This document shows, one piece after another, positions 8,971 to 19,500 of a stretch of DNA of 64,000 nt. The DNA comes from an uncultured Alphaproteobacteria bacterium (GTDB lineage Bacteria > Pseudomonadota > Alphaproteobacteria > RF32 > CAG-239): contig CALXPL010000004.1 in NCBI GenBank assembly GCA_944390275.1, positions 29,139 through 93,138 of the forward strand, written 5' to 3'. A program made the position numbers and the translations under genes. Under the pieces are notes generated by a model. That model was not told where the DNA came from. It did no database searches and saw only the letters and a program-made list of their open reading frames with translations. Within the stretch, counting starts at the first letter, position 1, and every line of letters begins with the position of its first letter.

Positions 8971-10191
8971 TTATTCACAAAATTGAAATTCTTTAAGAAG
9001 CATATTGCCCACAGGTTCAAAGGTAAATAGTTCACGATTATTGAAAATATTATCGCGATAAGTTTGAATTTCTTTATTTGATAAATTTTTAAGATTAACT
9101 AAATCTTGAGGAGATTTAATTAAGAAAGCCATTTTTCGTTTTATTAATTCTTTATAGAGACTATGTTCATCATGAGAAATAAGAGGAATAATGCCGTTCA
9201 TGAGATAACACAAGTCTTTACTGGGATTGTTGCAAAAGGCATAATAAGCCGGCTTGTCGGTAAAAGGATTGTGAGGAATGTTTTGTCCCTGAGGAGAAAG
9301 GTCAAGATGTTTATTTTTGTGAAAATCGGCAACACTTCCGCGAAAAACATCATAGAAGTGAGAAATACCAAAACAAATACATTGATGATGCATAAAGAAG
9401 TGTATTCTATCAGCAAGAATTTCATTATAATTTTCGCCGTTAGCCAGATGATAGAACAATTTTCGTCTGTTCAAAAAGCAATGTTTAAATTTAATGAAAA
9501 GTTGGTTAATTTTTTTGCGGTGCCACAAATGAGGGTTAGGGTAAAGCAAGGGCTTTAATTTTTGAAATTCTTTGGGCGTAGAACAGAGAATACGTCCTAA
9601 AGAGAGGAAAGATTTTTCAAAACAAGCAGAAGTGTTATGTTTTACAAAACGCTCTAAGGGAGTTTCAAACCATCCGAGAAGAATTTTTTTGTTTTTAATT
9701 TCGGGAACATTCAAAAGTACCATATCGCGTAATAAATCATTATCAAAGAGGAAAGCATCGACATAACGAGTTTTTTGTTTAAAGTCTAGTAAGATTTTTT
9801 CATCACCGAAATTGGTATCACCGTTAAAGTAGCGGAGAGATTTTGCTTGAAGATTATTGTCAAAATTAAATTTTGTAATTTTATAAAGGATATCGAGCTC
9901 TTCCGTATCAACTTTTTGCATAGGAAGAAATAATTTTCCACCTCCGAAATGTCCGCCTGTAACAATCAGAGTTTGTGGAGAGAGTTCGAGACTTTTATAA
10001 AAGTCTTGAGTGTCGGAAAAATCAATAATTTGAGCTCCGAGTTGTTCAAAAAGATTATAGTTAGCACAAAAGTATTCAAGTTTGTTTTTTGTTCGAATAA
10101 CTTTCAGATTAAAACCATGCTCTTTAAAGAAAAGAAAATTGTCAGCAAAGAAACATCCTTCTCCGATTAAAATAACTTGTTTATTTTTCAT
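8971..10191 (-). CDS. Hypothetical protein, ~406 aa, His/Cys-rich
   Basis: Long ORF. Start taken at MKNKQVILIGEG.... The ORF track extends to 10260. Co-directional with, and 14 nt downstream of, the CorC gene. Confidence 0.4.
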   Translation of the reverse strand: MKNKQVILIGEGCFFADNFLFFKEHGFNLKVIRTKNKLEYFCANYNLFEQLGAQIIDFSDTQDFYKSLELSPQTLIVTGGHFGGGKLFLPMQKVDTEELDILYKITKFNFDNNLQAKSLRYFNGDTNFGDEKILLDFKQKTRYVDAFLFDNDLLRDMVLLNVPEIKNKKILLGWFETPLERFVKHNTSACFEKSFLSLGRILCSTPKEFQKLKPLLYPNPHLWHRKKINQLFIKFKHCFLNRRKLFYHLANGENYNEILADRIHFFMHHQCICFGISHFYDVFRGSVADFHKNKHLDLSPQGQNIPHNPFTDKPAYYAFCNNPSKDLCYLMNGIIPLISHDEHSLYKELIKRKMAFLIKSPQDLVNLKNLSNKEIQTYRDNIFNNRELFTFEPVGNMLLKEFQFCE

Positions 10192-10274
10192 GTTACGCTC
10201 AAATAAATAAAAACATAAAATTCTAAACCGCAAATTAGAGGTAAAATAAAAAAATTGCAACCTAATAAAATAAA

Positions 10275-11588
10275 TCAGAAGATTTTATTCACAAGTATTT
10301 CTTCAATTTTATGTCCTTTTGCACGAACAATCTTAATACTAAAATTTTTATATTTAAGAGAAAAATTAACTTTATTTTGCGGAATATGTTCCATAAGGGA
10401 AAGCACAAATCCGGAAAAAGTATCATATTCAGAATCATTTGCATTAATATCAAGGATGGGAGCAACCTCTTCAAGAGGGGTTTCACCTTTAATTTTCCAA
10501 GAATTTTTATTGATTTGCACAATATCAGGAGTAGATTGAGGCGCAGAAATATCATCTTCAAGCTCACCGACAATTTCCTCTAACAAATCGTTCATGGTAA
10601 CCACGCCATCGACGCCGCCATATTCGTCGATAACCACGGCAAAGTGGCAACGTGATTTTTGCATTTGTGCAAAAAGTTTATCAATACGTAAAGAAGATGG
10701 AATACAAAAGGGCGGAGTAAGCGCATTTTTAATAAGAATATCTTTTGAAGAATTTTTATATTTAATATAGTCTTTAATATTAAGAAGGCCGACAATATTG
10801 TCTTTGGAATTTTTAAAAACGGGATAAACCGAGAAACGGGTTTCGGAAATGATTTTTTCCCAGAGAGAAACAGGGTCGTCATTGTTGAGGAAAACAACAT
10901 CGGTTCGGTGGGTCATGACATCTTCGGCGGTTTTGTTATCAAATTCAAAGACATTATGGATGAGAGTTTTTTCCATATCGCGAATAGTTCCGTTTTCCGC
11001 ACCGGCATCAAGCATCATAAAAATTTCTTCTTCGGTAATTTTATCATTTTTTTCATCAGGATTAATTCCCAGAAGGCGCAAGACGATATTCGTCGAAGCT
11101 GTCAGAAACCAAACTAAAGGAGCAAATATTTTGGCAATAACAAAGACCAAACCGGACATTGCCAGAGCGATTTTTTCGGCATGTTGCATAGCCAGACGTT
11201 TGGGGACAAGTTCTCCTAAGATTAGAGTTACATAAGATAAAACGAGAGTAATAAAGATGACGGAAAGGACATCAAGTTTTTGCGGACTGATAGTTACACC
11301 GGAGGCAACAAGCCAATCAACAATGCGGTCAGAGAAGTTATCGGCGGCAAAAGCGCTTCCTAAAAAACCGGCAAGAGTAATTCCGACTTGGATAGTTGCT
11401 AAGAAACGGGCAGGTTGTTGGGTAAGAGAGAGAAGACGTTTTGCTTGGTTGCATCCGCTGTCGGCAAGTTTTTTGAGTTTGTTGTCATTAATAGAAATGA
11501 CGGCGATTTCAGCACAAGCAAAGAGGGCATTAAGAAGAATAAGAAAAAATTGAAAGGCTAACAGTTCGGTTATAGAAAAATCGGACAT
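10275..11588 (-). CDS. CNNM/HlyC-CorC family transporter (DUF21 + CBS pair + CorC_HlyC)
   Basis: 437 aa with an N-terminal 4-TM DUF21, tandem CBS domains (GGVDGVVTMNDLLEEIVGELEDD) and a C-terminal transporter-associated domain. Confidence 0.8.
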   Translation of the reverse strand: MSDFSITELLAFQFFLILLNALFACAEIAVISINDNKLKKLADSGCNQAKRLLSLTQQPARFLATIQVGITLAGFLGSAFAADNFSDRIVDWLVASGVTISPQKLDVLSVIFITLVLSYVTLILGELVPKRLAMQHAEKIALAMSGLVFVIAKIFAPLVWFLTASTNIVLRLLGINPDEKNDKITEEEIFMMLDAGAENGTIRDMEKTLIHNVFEFDNKTAEDVMTHRTDVVFLNNDDPVSLWEKIISETRFSVYPVFKNSKDNIVGLLNIKDYIKYKNSSKDILIKNALTPPFCIPSSLRIDKLFAQMQKSRCHFAVVIDEYGGVDGVVTMNDLLEEIVGELEDDISAPQSTPDIVQINKNSWKIKGETPLEEVAPILDINANDSEYDTFSGFVLSLMEHIPQNKVNFSLKYKNFSIKIVRAKGHKIEEILVNKIF

Positions 11589-11741
11589 ATTGTCTCCTAA
11601 AAAAGATTACGATAGCAACAGCATAACAAAAAAAGACAGGAAATCAAACAGAAATTTGCGGCATGAGGATATTGACAAAGAGCAAGAAGTATGAAAAAAC
11701 AAAAAAGTAAAACTATTATTTAATTTAAAAGAAAAACTATT

Positions 11742-12410
11742 ATGAATAAGCAAATGAAAAAAATGGTTAGACTTGTTGAAATCAAAACAGATGAAACATT
11801 TATCATAGATATGATGTATGCCGGAACGGAAAATATGATGCAAACCGCCGTTTATCAAGAAGTCGGTTTAGGAAATCGTTGTTTTGTTCATCCGGATTTG
11901 GCACAATGTCTAAAGAAGTTGCAACCGTTATTACAGGAAAGAGGGTTAAAGCTGAAAATTTGTGATGCATATCGTCCGGTTCAGGCCTTTTATCGCATGA
12001 AAGAAATAATACCGATGCAAGGGTTCTTTGCCGCCACGGCAGAGTGTTCACAACATTGCCATGCCTCGGCAATAGATGCGGTTTTAACAGATTCTGATGG
12101 TTGCGAGCTAAAGTTTCCGTGTCGTGTTGATGCCTATGATCCGAAATATGCTCAACAAATCCGACAAGGACAGTGGGATGAGTTTCGCCACCATTTGGAA
12201 AAGGCAAAATATTCGTGGAATGAAGGAGAAAATTCGGAAAGCATAAAAAATCGGACAATATTCCGAGAACTTATGGAACAAGCAGGGTTTGAAGCTTTAG
12301 AACACGAATGGTGGCATTTCAATCTTCCGCATAAGGAAAACTATCCGTTGATAGATTGTGAATGCACAAAAGGAAACGAGATAAAATTTTTCGTTGAAGG
12401 AAATACTTGA
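11742..12410 (+). CDS. ddpX: D-alanyl-D-alanine dipeptidase (VanX/DdpX, peptidase M15D)
   Basis: HASAIDAV and EWWHFN zinc-ligand motifs characteristic of VanX-type dipeptidases. 222 aa. Confidence 0.7.
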   Translation: MNKQMKKMVRLVEIKTDETFIIDMMYAGTENMMQTAVYQEVGLGNRCFVHPDLAQCLKKLQPLLQERGLKLKICDAYRPVQAFYRMKEIIPMQGFFAATAECSQHCHASAIDAVLTDSDGCELKFPCRVDAYDPKYAQQIRQGQWDEFRHHLEKAKYSWNEGENSESIKNRTIFRELMEQAGFEALEHEWWHFNLPHKENYPLIDCECTKGNEIKFFVEGNT

Positions 12411-12473
12411 CAAAAAATTGACAATATTGTAACGTGTAACAATAAATTCTATTATTAACTAAAAAAGATTATT

Positions 12474-12890
12474 ATGAATAAGAAAAAAATGTGGAGCTCT
12501 ATGCAGGGCTTTTTTGAAAGAATGGAGAACGTCTTTTTTGATGTAAGACGTTATTCTGAAGAAGAATGGAAAAAAACAGTAGAAACATTTAATCCCGAAG
12601 ATTCAGAAGTGTCGTTGGTTGTCTTTTCAGACAAATACAACAATCGAGATTTCTGCTTGATGGTCAAGTCTCAGGGTGAAAAAATCTACTTCAGCCCGTT
12701 TAAAAAATCCTTACGTCTCAGTTTAAGTTCTGAAGATGAGGAAAGAGCAGAGTATTATCCTTTATCCGCTTATGATGAAGTGGTTTTGACCGACCACGAA
12801 ATCCATATCAGGATTTATATTAAGCTGAAAGAAGGAGAAAAAAGATTCAAAGCGGAAAACATTTTTGGAGAAATAAAAATCCAAAGATAA
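12474..12890 (+). CDS. Hypothetical protein, 138 aa
   Basis: ORF preceded by ttgaca-like -35 boxes. No recognisable motif. Confidence 0.4.
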   Translation: MNKKKMWSSMQGFFERMENVFFDVRRYSEEEWKKTVETFNPEDSEVSLVVFSDKYNNRDFCLMVKSQGEKIYFSPFKKSLRLSLSSEDEERAEYYPLSAYDEVVLTDHEIHIRIYIKLKEGEKRFKAENIFGEIKIQR

Positions 12891-12900
12891 GAAAAGAAAA

Positions 12901-12937
12901 AATTGTTAAGTTCAAAAGGCTTAACAATTTTTTTTGC
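12901..12937 (+). terminator. Rho-independent terminator
   Basis: attgttaag-loop-cttaacaat followed by tttttttt. Confidence 0.6.
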
Positions 12938-13007
12938 GTAAAACGAGATAATTGTTTGCGAAAGAAACAAAGAAGGATTATTTTAAAAATCATAGGGTTG
13001 AAGGAAA

Positions 13008-15065
13008 ATGTTTTTGAACAAGTTTAAAGAAAATTTATCACAAGAAAAATATCGATGCTTCCCATGGATACCGGTATTGTATGGATTGGGAATAGGAATT
13101 TATTTTTCTTTAAGTTTTGAACCGCCGCTCTGGTTGGGATTAGTTTTCGTAGAAAGTTTAATACTTTTAGCTGTTATCTTCCGACACAAGTTGAACATTT
13201 TGTATGGAATAGGGATAATGGCAATAATTGTTTTGGGATTTATCACGGTGCAGTTACGAGCCGCTTATATTAATAAAGTTCCGTTTGTTGAAGGAGAACA
13301 AAAACTTTACATTCAAGGAAGAATTGTTGCACAAGATATAAATTCGACAGGGAAAGTCAGATTGTTATTAGATGACGTTCAAGATTTTGATGAAAAAAAA
13401 TTACACGGGCTTTATAAAATAACTTTGTTAAGTAGGACATCTCCGGCTCGGACAGGACAATGTGTCGAGATGATAGCGAAAATAATGCCGCCGATGCCTC
13501 CGGTAATTCGCGGAGGTTACCAGTTTGACAGAAAAACATTTTTTGAAGGAATTAAAGCAACGGGATATTCCGTCAGTCGAGCTTTGCCGATAGAATGTGC
13601 CAATACAAGCCGTTGGACAGATAAGCTAAATTTAAAGATACACAATATTCGCCAAAACATGGTAAATTATATTAATCAAGTTTTACCCAAAGATGAGGCC
13701 TCAATTGCTGCTGCGGTAATTGCCGGAGAAAGAAGCGGAATGAGCAAACAGTTGGTCGAAAATTATAGAGATTCGGGATTAGCACATTTCTTGTCAATAT
13801 CAGGATTACATATGAGTATGTTGGCGGGAATGATGTTTTTGTTAGTAAGGTGGATAAGCTCGCTTTGTCCGCCACTTATAGCTCGTTATGATACCAAAAA
13901 GGCAGCCGCTGTACTGGCAATAATAATGAGCATGGTATATTTGGTTTTATCGGGAGCGGAAATTCCGACACAAAGGGCATTTATCATGACCTTAATCGTC
14001 TTGATAGGGATTTTGTGCTGTCGTCAAGCCATATCAATGTTAACCATATCATGGGCAGCCATGTTTGTTTTAATGTTTCGTCCGGAAGTCTTGATAGGGG
14101 CAAGTTTTCAAATGTCATTCGCAGCTGTCATTGCCCTTATAGCTTTTTATGAGCGTTATGCGGGAAGTTTGCAAAAATTTTTTCATGGCGACGAAGATAA
14201 AAAACAAAGTGTTTTGAAAAAACTGGGAAGAGGTATTTGGGTTTATATTTTGGGAATTTTGATTTCAGATTTTGTGGCAAGTTTGGCGACACTGCCTTTT
14301 TCCGTATATCATTTTAATCAAATAGCACTATATACAACACTTGGAAATTTATTGGCCGGACCGGTAATCGGTTTAGTTATTATGCCTTGTGTTTTAATAT
14401 CACTCTTATGTTATCCGTTAGGCATAGCCTATATGCCGTTACAAGCCGTCGGTTGGGGCGTCGGGATTGTCAACAAAATAACCGCATATGTTGCCGCCAT
14501 GCCGAATTCAGGTTTTTGGGTTCCTTCATTACCGACATGGGGATTAGTATTCATAGTTTTCGGAGGACTTTGGCTGTGCATATGGCAAGAAAAATGGCGC
14601 GTATGGGGATGGTTAGGAATAGTGATTGGAAGTTTGAGCTTGCTAACGGTTCGGCTTCCGGATGTTTTGGTAAATAGCAACGGCAAAGCGGTTGCCGTAA
14701 GGGACAATCAGGGAAAAATGGTTATTTTGCCTTCACGTGGTCAATCTTTTGTAAAAAATGTTTGGTTGGAAAAGACCGGAAGTTTACCGTTAGATAAAGA
14801 TAAAAAGAAACAATTAAACAAAATTTGGAACGGACAAAGTAAAGTGCAAGACCAACAATGGTTAAGTTTAGAATGCCGCAAAAAGGCGAAGGAATGCCTA
14901 TATAAAGGCGTAATAACAATAGAAAAAGGAAAAGGGATTAAAGTAAAGGACGAAGATTTTAATTCAAAAAAAAATTTAGGAGCCTCAATATGGATTAATG
15001 AGCAAACAAAGGATGTTGAAATAAAAACAATTCGTTCGGAAGTAGGAAAAAGATACTGGAATTAA
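13008..15065 (+). CDS. comEC: ComEC/Rec2-family inner-membrane DNA-uptake channel protein (no metallo-beta-lactamase domain)
   Basis: 685 aa, polytopic. DUF4131-like N-terminus and a Competence domain (HFLSISGLHMSMLAG...). The C-terminus lacks the MBL nuclease domain. Confidence 0.7.
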   Translation: MFLNKFKENLSQEKYRCFPWIPVLYGLGIGIYFSLSFEPPLWLGLVFVESLILLAVIFRHKLNILYGIGIMAIIVLGFITVQLRAAYINKVPFVEGEQKLYIQGRIVAQDINSTGKVRLLLDDVQDFDEKKLHGLYKITLLSRTSPARTGQCVEMIAKIMPPMPPVIRGGYQFDRKTFFEGIKATGYSVSRALPIECANTSRWTDKLNLKIHNIRQNMVNYINQVLPKDEASIAAAVIAGERSGMSKQLVENYRDSGLAHFLSISGLHMSMLAGMMFLLVRWISSLCPPLIARYDTKKAAAVLAIIMSMVYLVLSGAEIPTQRAFIMTLIVLIGILCCRQAISMLTISWAAMFVLMFRPEVLIGASFQMSFAAVIALIAFYERYAGSLQKFFHGDEDKKQSVLKKLGRGIWVYILGILISDFVASLATLPFSVYHFNQIALYTTLGNLLAGPVIGLVIMPCVLISLLCYPLGIAYMPLQAVGWGVGIVNKITAYVAAMPNSGFWVPSLPTWGLVFIVFGGLWLCIWQEKWRVWGWLGIVIGSLSLLTVRLPDVLVNSNGKAVAVRDNQGKMVILPSRGQSFVKNVWLEKTGSLPLDKDKKKQLNKIWNGQSKVQDQQWLSLECRKKAKECLYKGVITIEKGKGIKVKDEDFNSKKNLGASIWINEQTKDVEIKTIRSEVGKRYWN

Positions 15066-15158
15066 TAAAATAATTCTGAGATTTTAACTTTTTATATACG
15101 AGTATCATGCTATTCTGAAAAAAAATAAGGAATATATTGATTGAAAAGGGCTTAAATT

Positions 15159-15944
15159 ATGATGTTTGATATGGATACAATATTTGAATATATTGGATAT
15201 GCCGCAGGATTAGCAACAATTATAGCTTTTGCAATTCAAACGATTCGTATTCTGAAAAGTAAAAGTGTTACAGGACTGTCAAGTTACATGTACACAATGT
15301 ACTGTTTGAGCTTTATTTGTTGGGCAGCTTATGGCGTTTGGTTGGAAGAATGGACATTAGCAGCCACAATGTTTATAGCCTTTTTATTTACGTTTGTCAT
15401 CCTTTTGTTGATTCTATATTATGATGAAGAAGACAAGATTGAAAAATACCGCCGCGATTCGTTAACTTGCGCTTATAATAAAAAATATTTTGAAGAGGTA
15501 ATCCCATCAAAGATAACAGAAGCGCAGATTATGAAAAAGCCCTTTTCTTTAATAATTACAAAATTGAATAACGCAGAAGCTATTCGTAAAATGGGCGGAA
15601 AATATTATAATCGAGCATTGAAACAAACAGCAAAAACATTAGAAAAAGCCTTGCGAGATAGTGATTTTATAGCACGCTTAGAAAATGACAAATTTGCAAT
15701 TTTTTTAGATAATTCAGATGAAAAAATAGCAAAGACAGTATTTAAACGTGTCGTTGAAAGTATGTCTGCAGTAGAAATTATCAAATCTTCCGCGGAAAAA
15801 CAAAATTTAGAGATGTTGGCAGGTATTTGCTCCTCTAAAGTTTCAGGAGAACTAAAAGATTTGTTACACAATGCAGAAAAGGCATTAAATAACACTGCTT
15901 ATAAAGGTTTTAATAAAATTAAAGTTTATGAAACAAAAAAATAA
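15159..15944 (+). CDS. Membrane-anchored protein with a degenerate GGDEF domain
   Basis: Three N-terminal TM helices, then RRDSLTCAYNKKYF...PFSLIITKLNNAE...DFIARLENDKFAIFL, which aligns to the GGDEF fold. The metal-binding DxD is absent and GGDEF is replaced by ENDKF. Confidence 0.5.
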   Translation: MMFDMDTIFEYIGYAAGLATIIAFAIQTIRILKSKSVTGLSSYMYTMYCLSFICWAAYGVWLEEWTLAATMFIAFLFTFVILLLILYYDEEDKIEKYRRDSLTCAYNKKYFEEVIPSKITEAQIMKKPFSLIITKLNNAEAIRKMGGKYYNRALKQTAKTLEKALRDSDFIARLENDKFAIFLDNSDEKIAKTVFKRVVESMSAVEIIKSSAEKQNLEMLAGICSSKVSGELKDLLHNAEKALNNTAYKGFNKIKVYETKK

Positions 15945-15961
15945 GAAGGCATAAAGAAACA

Positions 15962-15993
15962 AAACGCCTGAAAGGAGTAGGGCGTTTTTTTTG
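15962..15993 (+). terminator. Rho-independent terminator
   Basis: aacgcct-gaaaggagta-gggcgtt followed by ttttttt. Confidence 0.6.
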
Positions 15994-16029
15994 TAAGCAA
16001 AGATACAAAAAATAGAAAAGCGAGGAAAA

Positions 16030-16251
16030 ATGTGTACGGCGGGATTTTGGACGGATGAAGCAGGAATACGTCATTATTTTAAGAATAGAATGCTTAGCAA
16101 AACGCCGCAACACCAAGTTGTTGATTTTTCAAAAGAAGGAATTTTTATAAAAGATGAACACGGATGTTCTAAAAAAATAACAAAATATGGGTGCCGTATC
16201 GTAAGTTTAGAGACAGAAACAGCTGTGGCTTATATCGAAGTTTTTTGTTAA
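16030..16251 (+). CDS. Hypothetical small protein, 73 aa
   Basis: ORF only. Weak support. Confidence 0.3.
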   Translation: MCTAGFWTDEAGIRHYFKNRMLSKTPQHQVVDFSKEGIFIKDEHGCSKKITKYGCRIVSLETETAVAYIEVFC

Positions 16252-16558
16252 CAGTGAACTACCAAAATTCATTTCATAGAATATCGCAGTAAGGAAAGAG
16301 CGGTTTTTACATATAAAAATACAATGATTTAGACAATCACATAAGCATGGAAAAGATTCAAGATATCGGCATTTAGTAAGGCACTGCAAAACAGTAGAAG
16401 TTACCAAGTTATACGATTAGAAAATGAGAAGAAACTATCTCAATAGTTTTCTTTAAGAAATAAGCAAACAAAAAGCCCCGAGCTTACGTCACTCAGGACA
16501 AACAAAATAATCAATATCTGTAAAATAATATCGGACAGTCCAATTCAGGAGACAAGCC

Positions 16559-19500
16559 TTAGAACTTGTATCCCAAACCGGCATTGATGGCATAGGCATC
16601 ATCCGTTTCAATATATTTGCTGAATTCGCTGTACAAGTTGAATTGCTTGTAACGGTAGTCTAAGCGGAGGGAGAGGACTGCTCTGTCACGACGAGCATCG
16701 TAAGAGTTGACGAAATAATTGATACCGGCATCCGTCATACGAGCTTTTTGAGCTTGGAAGGGATTAGCCAGTTCATGATAATAAGTACCACCGGCACGTA
16801 AGTTAATTTTTCCTTTTTCACCGAGTTCAATTTCTTTGACAGCATACAACCCGATACCTGTTTCAACAGAAATATTATTTGTTGCATTAATTTCCAAAGC
16901 ACTGTCTTTTTCTTTAATTTTACCTTGGTACATACCCAAGACATTAAATTCAAGAGTTGGTTCAAGTCCAAACCATCCCATATCAAAAGTATGGCGAGCT
17001 TCATTGGTAATACCATAATAGTAGTTAGTAACATCACCCTCATAAGAACCACTGGTAACATGTCTCGTGTAGTCGCCGAATCCCATACCGATACGAGGAA
17101 CGGAAACGAGTTTAGAATTTCCGTATTGGAAGGATAGGGGAGCCAAAAGGTGAACCATAATTTCATCACGAGAGGCCGTGTCATCATCATAATCGCTACT
17201 ATATTTTGTTACCATAGCACCAAGACCATAACGGAAGACATCATTATATTTTTTGTCGATTAAGCCAAAAGCGGAGTGAGCTTGGTCATCATAATCAGCA
17301 ATATAAGCCGTAGCATCTTGTTTGCGACCATAGAAGTCATAACCGGCCATGACGCGAATTTCTTGGTTGTCAGAGTTATTTAAGAGAGTAGCGTTGATTT
17401 GTCTGTCAGCACTCTTGATGACATCGAAGTTTTGTTTTGTAAAGTTTGCAAACAAGTCGAGACCAAATTCACCTTTAATTTCATTAGCCAAGTCAGCATT
17501 TGTTTCGGCATATTTGAGTACATTAAAGACTTGAGAAGATTTTCCGGCTTCATAAGAGGAATCGATTTGATTGAGGAGAGCTCTGTCTTGAATTCCTGAA
17601 CTTGAAGATAAAACGGAATTCAAAGCGACTTTTCGAGCCACGATATTATAATTTTTCAAGCCATCTGTTTCAAAAGTCAAAGATTCATTATTGTTCGTAT
17701 CATCTGTTAGTGTTTCATCGTTTGTTTGAGAAGAAGTTTCTTCGGCATTATCGCTAGGAATCGTAATGTCAGATAAATCGACATCATCTTGGCTTTCTTG
17801 AACAGAGACATCACTGAACCAAGCCGTACCTTTGACTTTAAGATTAGAGATATCGGAAGCGGTTAAAGCATTTTTCAAGACATATTCAGATTGATTACCT
17901 TCATCAAGAGCAGAACCGTCAACGCTTAAATTTCCATCCATGGTTGAGGCAATGAACCGACCATTTTCACCGACATAGACGCCGCTATCATTAAAGGACA
18001 TCGGAGCAGCCATGAGGGACATGGTAACTGGCGCACTATAACTTGTTATTGAGGGCGTTGTTGCAGAAGCAACGGTTCCTTGGTTTAAGATAGAACTTGT
18101 TGAATCAATAGAAAAGATATTGCTTGTTCCGTTATTTCCGGCTGTAGTACCGGAAAATAGAATAGTTCCTTGGTTATCAATTTTAGAGTTATTTGTTGCT
18201 TTCATACCAACAACTTCAGAACCTTTCACATAGATATTACTGGTATTGGTAATAGTACTTGAATTATTAGCTTGCATACCGACAATTTTATTACCGGTAA
18301 CAGATAAAGTACCGCCATTAACTCCGGTTGCTCTATTTTCAACCAAAATACCGATGGTAGAATCACCTTCAACCGTTAAAGCACCATTATTTGTTACTTG
18401 TCCGCCTTTAGCAGCATGCATACCGATAGATCCGGTACCTTTAACGGTCATGCTTGCACCACCGGCATTTGTGAGTTGTCCTCCGGAATTTGAAATCATA
18501 CCCACCGAAGCATTACCGGTAACATTAATTTCAGTTTCATTAGTAGCGGATCCTGTATTAATGCTGATACCGGTACCGGATGCGCTGGTAACCGTAATTG
18601 ATCCTTTATTAAAGACAGAGCCACCTGCGATTTCAATACCTGTTCCGCTAGCACCCGACGCAGTAACTGTAATAGTACCGCTATTTGTAACACTGACGGT
18701 ACCGGTTTCGCCTAAGATACCGGTTGTATTACTTTCACCGTTCATGGTAATTGTACCCCCATCATTTTTGAGAGTACCTGATTGAGCATAAAGACCGGCA
18801 GCATCCGAACCATTGAGTGTAATATTACCGGAGTTTGTACCGCTACCGGAAACGACATGAATAGCGTGGAAACCATTATTATTATTCGTAATATCACCAA
18901 GGTTTTTAGCAACACCGTTTTTAACATAAAGAGCAGAGGAGCCGATAGTGTTAATTGTCGCACCGGAAGAGTTAACGATAGTACCACCGTTATCGGCATA
19001 CATCGCATAAGAGTTAGCATTCTGAACATCCAAAATTCCGTTATTCGTAGCGGTACCGGCACCATTAGCGAGCATAGCATAAGCATTTGCTCCACTAACA
19101 CTGATATTTCCGGAAGTTTCGTTAGTAGCGGTACCGGTTCCTTGAATGACCATACCCGCAGCATTATCACCGGTTAAGCTAATAGTTTTGTTATTAGTGA
19201 TAGTACCTTGAACGACGCGCATAGCATGGATACCTTCTTGAGCCAAAGAGATAACCCCGTTATTTATACCGGTACCGGAGTTGACAAGCATAGCGACTTC
19301 GCCGATAGATTGGAGAGAAGCTCCGTCTTCATTAATGATAGTACCTCCGTCAGCTTGCATAGCAACTGCCGTTGCATTATTAGCGATAATCTTTCCATAG
19401 TTAGAAGCCGTACCGCTCGTAGCTTTCATACCGATAGAGTTAGCACCGTTAACAATAATGACGCTGTTTTCGAGAGCATTTGAAGCCGTAGCAGAACCAT

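Noticed and set aside
10289-11553. Multiple antisense or alternate-frame ORFs inside the CorC/CNNM gene (e.g. 10311-10583 +, 10849-11235 +, 11257-11553 +)
   Set aside because: The CorC reading frame has complete DUF21–CBS–CorC_HlyC architecture. The others have Arg/Ser-rich antisense composition.
12408-12460. Two ttgaca hexamers and a gtaac direct repeat upstream of the 12474 ORF
   Set aside because: No well-spaced -10 element could be paired with either -35 box, so no promoter call was made.
16424-16452. Inverted repeat gaagaaactat-ctca-atagttttctt 110 bp downstream of the autotransporter stop
   Set aside because: Imperfect stem and no convincing T-run on the minus strand. It could be the autotransporter terminator, but the evidence is weak.
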